A stretch of 55,232 nucleotides of DNA. It comes from a virus (taxonomy: Duplodnaviria > Caudoviricetes). The translations under genes and the position numbers were made by a program. Position 1 is the first letter of the stretch. The number at the start of each line of letters is the position of its first letter. Location: IMG/VR virus record IMGVR_UViG_3300034160_000067, positions 1-55,232 of that record; one strand, written 5' to 3'. A model generated the notes under the pieces. It had not been told where the DNA came from. It made no database searches and saw only the letters and a program-made list of their open reading frames with translations. Shown piece by piece: positions 51,933-55,232 of this stretch.

Positions 51933-51995
51933 TTGTTAGTTCCCCATCTCCACGCCTATATTACCCACCTCAGTTGCGAAGTCAACCAAAAGTGG
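51933..51995. promoter_or_regulatory. Overlapping divergent promoters with operator
   Basis: Leftward TTGACT-16-TAATAT (51985-51958); rightward TTGTTA-18-TATATT (51933-51962); CAACCAAAAGTGG at 51983-51995. Confidence 0.65.
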
Positions 51996-52005
51996 AGTCG
52001 ATGAA

Positions 52006-52305
52006 ATGCCTGTACTTTCCCGTGCCCCGGCCGCTGTAACGCGCGATCACGCGCCGCGCAAGCGCCAGCTGGAATTCCGCCTGACGCTGCTGACCGTGGC
52101 CGTGCGCGTCACCCACGATGGACGCCTGAAGTCCCTCGCGCGCATCCTGTGCGTCGAGCCCGAGACGCTCGCCGTGTGGATTCGCCGCGGGGAGCTGACC
52201 GCCGACCGCGCGCGGCAGATCCTCAGTCTTCCAGATCTCAACCCCGATGGTGCTCCGCGCATCACGCTGGCTGATCTCGCGCCGTCCATCGCCGAAATGA
52301 TCTGA
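52006..52305 (+). CDS. Cro-like HTH protein
   Basis: LKSLARILCVEPETLAVWIRRGEL; GGAG RBS; upstream of primase. Confidence 0.75.
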   Translation: MPVLSRAPAAVTRDHAPRKRQLEFRLTLLTVAVRVTHDGRLKSLARILCVEPETLAVWIRRGELTADRARQILSLPDLNPDGAPRITLADLAPSIAEMI

Positions 52306-52318
52306 CCTCGGAGGTCAC

Positions 52319-54799
52319 ATGTCCGCTCAAATCATTGGTCTGCGCGATGGTCCGCGCGGCGAGGGTCGGGCTCTCCGCATCTCAACGGGAAAGACGGTCA
52401 CCAACAACCGAGTGAGCCGCATCACGCCGACGTGGCCTGAGTTCGTCGAGCAGCTGAAGGCCGTCGTACGCACGCCGGAGACGCTGAACGAGTACTTCCA
52501 ACTCGGCCGGCCTGCGCAAGACAAGATCAAGGACGTCGGGTATTTCGTACCGGGATTCTTCGAGGGCAACGTCCGCAAGGCGCGCGGTCTCGAAGAGCGC
52601 AACTGCATCACGCTCGATGGTGATCACGCAGGCCCGGGCTTCCTCGAAGACGTGCGAGCGGCCTTCGCGGGCTACGAGTACGTCCTGCACACGACGCACA
52701 AGCACACTCCTGCGAAGCCACGTTTCAGGCTTGTTTTCCCGCTAATTCGCGCAGTCAGCGAAGCCGAGTATCCCGCCGCGGCGCGCATGCTCGCCTCGCG
52801 CATGAGCATGGACGTATGGGACGACACGACCTACCAGTTCGGTCGCGTGATGCATTTCGCGAGCGCGTCGCTCGACGGCGAGTTCGTGTTCGATGATCAC
52901 GCGGGCAAGTGGGTCGACCCGGACGATCTGCTGGCGGAGTACCTCGAATGGCGCGACGTGATGGAGTGGCCGAAGTCGAGCCGCGTCACGAACGAGCTGC
53001 GCGTCGGCGGCACGCGCGCCGAGAATCCGCTGGAGAAGAAGGGCCCGGTCGGTGACTTCTGCCGCGCCTACTCGATCCACGAAGCGATCGACAAATTTAT
53101 CCCAGAGCGCTACCTGCGCGGCAATTTCGAAGATCGCATGACCTACTTCGAGAGCACCACCTCGAATGGCGCGGTGATCTACGACGGCGGCCTGTTCCTC
53201 TACAGTCACCACGAGAGTGATCCATGCAGCGGCAAGAACGTCAACTCCTTCGATCTCATCCGGCTGCACCTCTTCGGCAAGAAGGACGAGCACACCGATA
53301 CCGAGATGCTGCCGAGCCTGAAGCCCTCGTACAAGGCGATGCTCAAGCACATCAAGGAAGACGAGCGCTTCCAGACCGAGGCGCGCCGCTCGCGCTACAA
53401 CCTGCGTGAAGAGTTCGATGATTTCGACGACGCGCCAGAGCCGATCGCGGCTGAGCCGAATGAAGTCCCCGAGTCGCAGGAAACACCGGAAAAACAAGCG
53501 AAATCCGACTACCTCAGCCCACCGGACTTGCGCTCGAATGCCCACGGCAGCGGCGAGACGCTGCGCAACCTCGAAGAGATCCTGACGAAGAACGCGCGCA
53601 CCGCGGGGAAGATCCGCTACAACGAGTTCACGCGCGAGGTGCGGCTCGGCGGGAAGCTCCCCGGGCTGAAGCTGAAGGTGCCCGATGAAGGCATGGAGTG
53701 GCCCGACATCGCAGATCTCGCGCTGAAGCTCTTCATCGAGAAGCGCCACAACCTCAGCTACGCCGCGACCGCGATCCGCGAGGGTGTGATGGTCGTCGCG
53801 CAGCGCCAGTCGTATCACCCGGTGCGCGAGTATTTCGACTCGCTGGAGTGGGACGGCGTCGAGCGACTCGACACACTGCTGATCCGCACTGCAGGCGCCG
53901 CCGACACGCCGTTCCACCGCGCGGCCTGCCGCAAGACGTTCACTGCGGCCGTCGCACGCATCTACGTGCCCGGCACGAAGTTCGACCAGATGCTGGTGCT
54001 CGAAGGAGGGCAGGGCATCGGCAAGTCCACCTTCTGGCGCGTGGTGGCCCGGGGCTGGTTCAGCGATGGACTGGTGATCGGCAGCGAAGCGCGCGAGGTG
54101 ATCGAGCAGACCAAGAACTCGATGATCGTCGAGATCCCCGAGCTGGTGCAGGGCCGGCGCGCCGAGGCCGAGCACCAGAAGGCCTTCATCTCCCGGCAGA
54201 CCGACCGGGCGCGCGCCGCCTACGCCCGCAGCGCCTTCGACTACCCCCGGCAGTTCATCCTCGTCGGCACGACGAACGACTCGAACTACCTGACGGACGC
54301 CAGCGGCAACCGGCGCTGGTGGTGCGTGAAGTGCGAAGCCTCGGAGTTCGACATGGCGGTCGTCGAGCAGGAGCGGGACCAGCTCTGGGCCGAAGCGATC
54401 GTGCGCTACCGGGCGGGGGAGCCCCTGTGGCTGGAAGACCCGAGCGTCCGACAGGAGGCCGAGGTCATCCAGAAGGACCGCATGCACGACGACGCGTGGA
54501 TCGACACCATCCGCGGGTGGCTCGACCGCCCCATCCGCTCGGACCACTGGAAGCGCGCCGGGGGGCAGACGGGCGACTTCGACGACGGCGTGACCATGGT
54601 CGAGCGGGACCGGACCTGCGCCATGGAGATCTGGACCGAGTGCCTCGGGGGCGAGCCCGACAAGATCAACCGGCAGGTGCAGGGCCGGATCGCCGACGCG
54701 ATGAGAAGCATTCCCGGTTGGAACCGACAGGCCGTCCGGCTGGGCGCCCGGTACGGCGATATGGTCAAAGGCTTCGCAAGGAAGGACTCGGTCACATAG
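52319..54799 (+). CDS. Primase-helicase (N-terminal prim-pol domain plus VirE/VapE-family ATPase)
   Basis: ITLDGD, HTTHKH, RFRLVFPL, Walker A GGQGIGKS, VEIPEL, GTTND, GNRRWW. Confidence 0.93.
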   Translation: MSAQIIGLRDGPRGEGRALRISTGKTVTNNRVSRITPTWPEFVEQLKAVVRTPETLNEYFQLGRPAQDKIKDVGYFVPGFFEGNVRKARGLEERNCITLDGDHAGPGFLEDVRAAFAGYEYVLHTTHKHTPAKPRFRLVFPLIRAVSEAEYPAAARMLASRMSMDVWDDTTYQFGRVMHFASASLDGEFVFDDHAGKWVDPDDLLAEYLEWRDVMEWPKSSRVTNELRVGGTRAENPLEKKGPVGDFCRAYSIHEAIDKFIPERYLRGNFEDRMTYFESTTSNGAVIYDGGLFLYSHHESDPCSGKNVNSFDLIRLHLFGKKDEHTDTEMLPSLKPSYKAMLKHIKEDERFQTEARRSRYNLREEFDDFDDAPEPIAAEPNEVPESQETPEKQAKSDYLSPPDLRSNAHGSGETLRNLEEILTKNARTAGKIRYNEFTREVRLGGKLPGLKLKVPDEGMEWPDIADLALKLFIEKRHNLSYAATAIREGVMVVAQRQSYHPVREYFDSLEWDGVERLDTLLIRTAGAADTPFHRAACRKTFTAAVARIYVPGTKFDQMLVLEGGQGIGKSTFWRVVARGWFSDGLVIGSEAREVIEQTKNSMIVEIPELVQGRRAEAEHQKAFISRQTDRARAAYARSAFDYPRQFILVGTTNDSNYLTDASGNRRWWCVKCEASEFDMAVVEQERDQLWAEAIVRYRAGEPLWLEDPSVRQEAEVIQKDRMHDDAWIDTIRGWLDRPIRSDHWKRAGGQTGDFDDGVTMVERDRTCAMEIWTECLGGEPDKINRQVQGRIADAMRSIPGWNRQAVRLGARYGDMVKGFARKDSVT

Positions 54800-55096
54800 C
54801 GATCGGTCACGCGATGGGTCACACCGGGCGAGGCGGGCAAGTCATTGACCCGCCTTTCTTTTTGTCCTGTTGTGACTCTGTGACCTTAGTGACCTTCATT
54901 TGTCATAGCAGTAGCCGAAGCAGAATATAGAGTAGTCATTGAAAACGAGTCAGGGAAAAAAAAGGGGGTAGGGGGGGTATCGGGGAAAACGCGGTTTCAA
55001 CGGTCGGCGGTCACAAAACGCTCTTTTCTTTTTAGATATCATAGAGTTAGTCGGTGACCGAGATGAGTCACGTTTTTGGGGTCCGCGCGGCGTGAC
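54791..55096. repeat. GTCAC/GTGAC pentamer cluster, candidate replication origin
   Basis: GTCAC at 54791, 54806, 54818, 55010, 55067; GTGAC at 54872, 54880, 54889, 55054, 55092; AT-rich tracts between. Confidence 0.6.
54831..54863 (+). terminator. Rho-independent terminator after the primase gene
   Basis: AGGCGGG-11nt-CCCGCCT followed by TTCTTTTT. Confidence 0.7.
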
Positions 55097-55220
55097 CCCC
55101 CGGAGCGAACTTCGAGGGGGGCTATAGCGGGTTTGCCACAAAAATCAGGGGGCAGTACTGGGGTAAGTGTACTTTCGAGAGGGGTCTCCCTGACAGTATT
55201 TCAATTTGTGTGAAAACACG

Positions 55221-55232
55221 GCTCTGCGCCCC
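55221..55232 (-). other. Cohesive end (cos), 12 nt
   Basis: Window ends in GCTCTGCGCCCC = 5'-GGGGCGCAGAGC; 11/12 match to the Chi 5' overhang GGTGCGCAGAGC as I recall it; adjacent to primase as in Chi-like maps. Confidence 0.8.

Noticed and set aside
45001-51976. Operator-like sites with 4-bp spacers (45001-45012, 51965-51976)
   Set aside because: The spacing differs from the N5 consensus, so they were not counted, although both lie in promoters and could be weak sites.
52319-54799. Virulence gene (VirE/VapE label)
   Set aside because: The family name is historical; this is the phage primase-helicase.
15109-54930. Long antisense or alternative-frame ORFs (e.g. 46935..48770 +, 52742..54547 -, 40520..41944 +, 34966..36177 +)
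   Set aside because: Shadow ORFs expected from high GC3 bias, overlapping well-supported genes and lacking motifs; only Rz1, the scaffold and gpT were accepted as overlapping genes.

Overview
This window is most of the genome of a high-GC, long-tailed dsDNA phage with the gene order of Chi-like/Nazgul-like phages (Casjensviridae), shown reverse-complemented relative to the usual map. The right end of the window reads 5'-GGGGCGCAGAGC on the minus strand, one base from the 12-nt cohesive end I recall for phage Chi, so it is probably the true cos terminus. The left end is cut mid-gene. Reading right to left: cos and a putative origin; primase-helicase and a small HTH gene (+); a replication operon (DUF2800 exonuclease, DUF2815 SSB, PolA, VRR-NUC, SNF2 helicase); an integration module (HTH regulator, excisionase-like gene, tyrosine integrase, intact attP-like region); terminase; a 5.7 kb accessory structural module inserted between terL and a domain-fused gpW; lambda-like head genes; a siphovirus tail with a G/GT frameshift; a lysis cassette interrupted by an HslV-like protease and a metallophosphoesterase and followed by a Tat lipoprotein with a beta-helix; and about 9 kb of small early genes. 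Spanins imply a Gram-negative host. The most notable unexplained structures are: (1) the putative neck-anchored fibre module with a 21-aa DxxD repeat protein; (2) a CAAC-N5-GTTG palindrome recurring at promoters and gene boundaries across the genome; (3) three 34-bp palindromic promoter repeats; (4) an array of mini-genes joined by conserved junction repeats; (5) a candidate amber read-through. All family assignments come from motif recognition and synteny by eye; no database searches were run.
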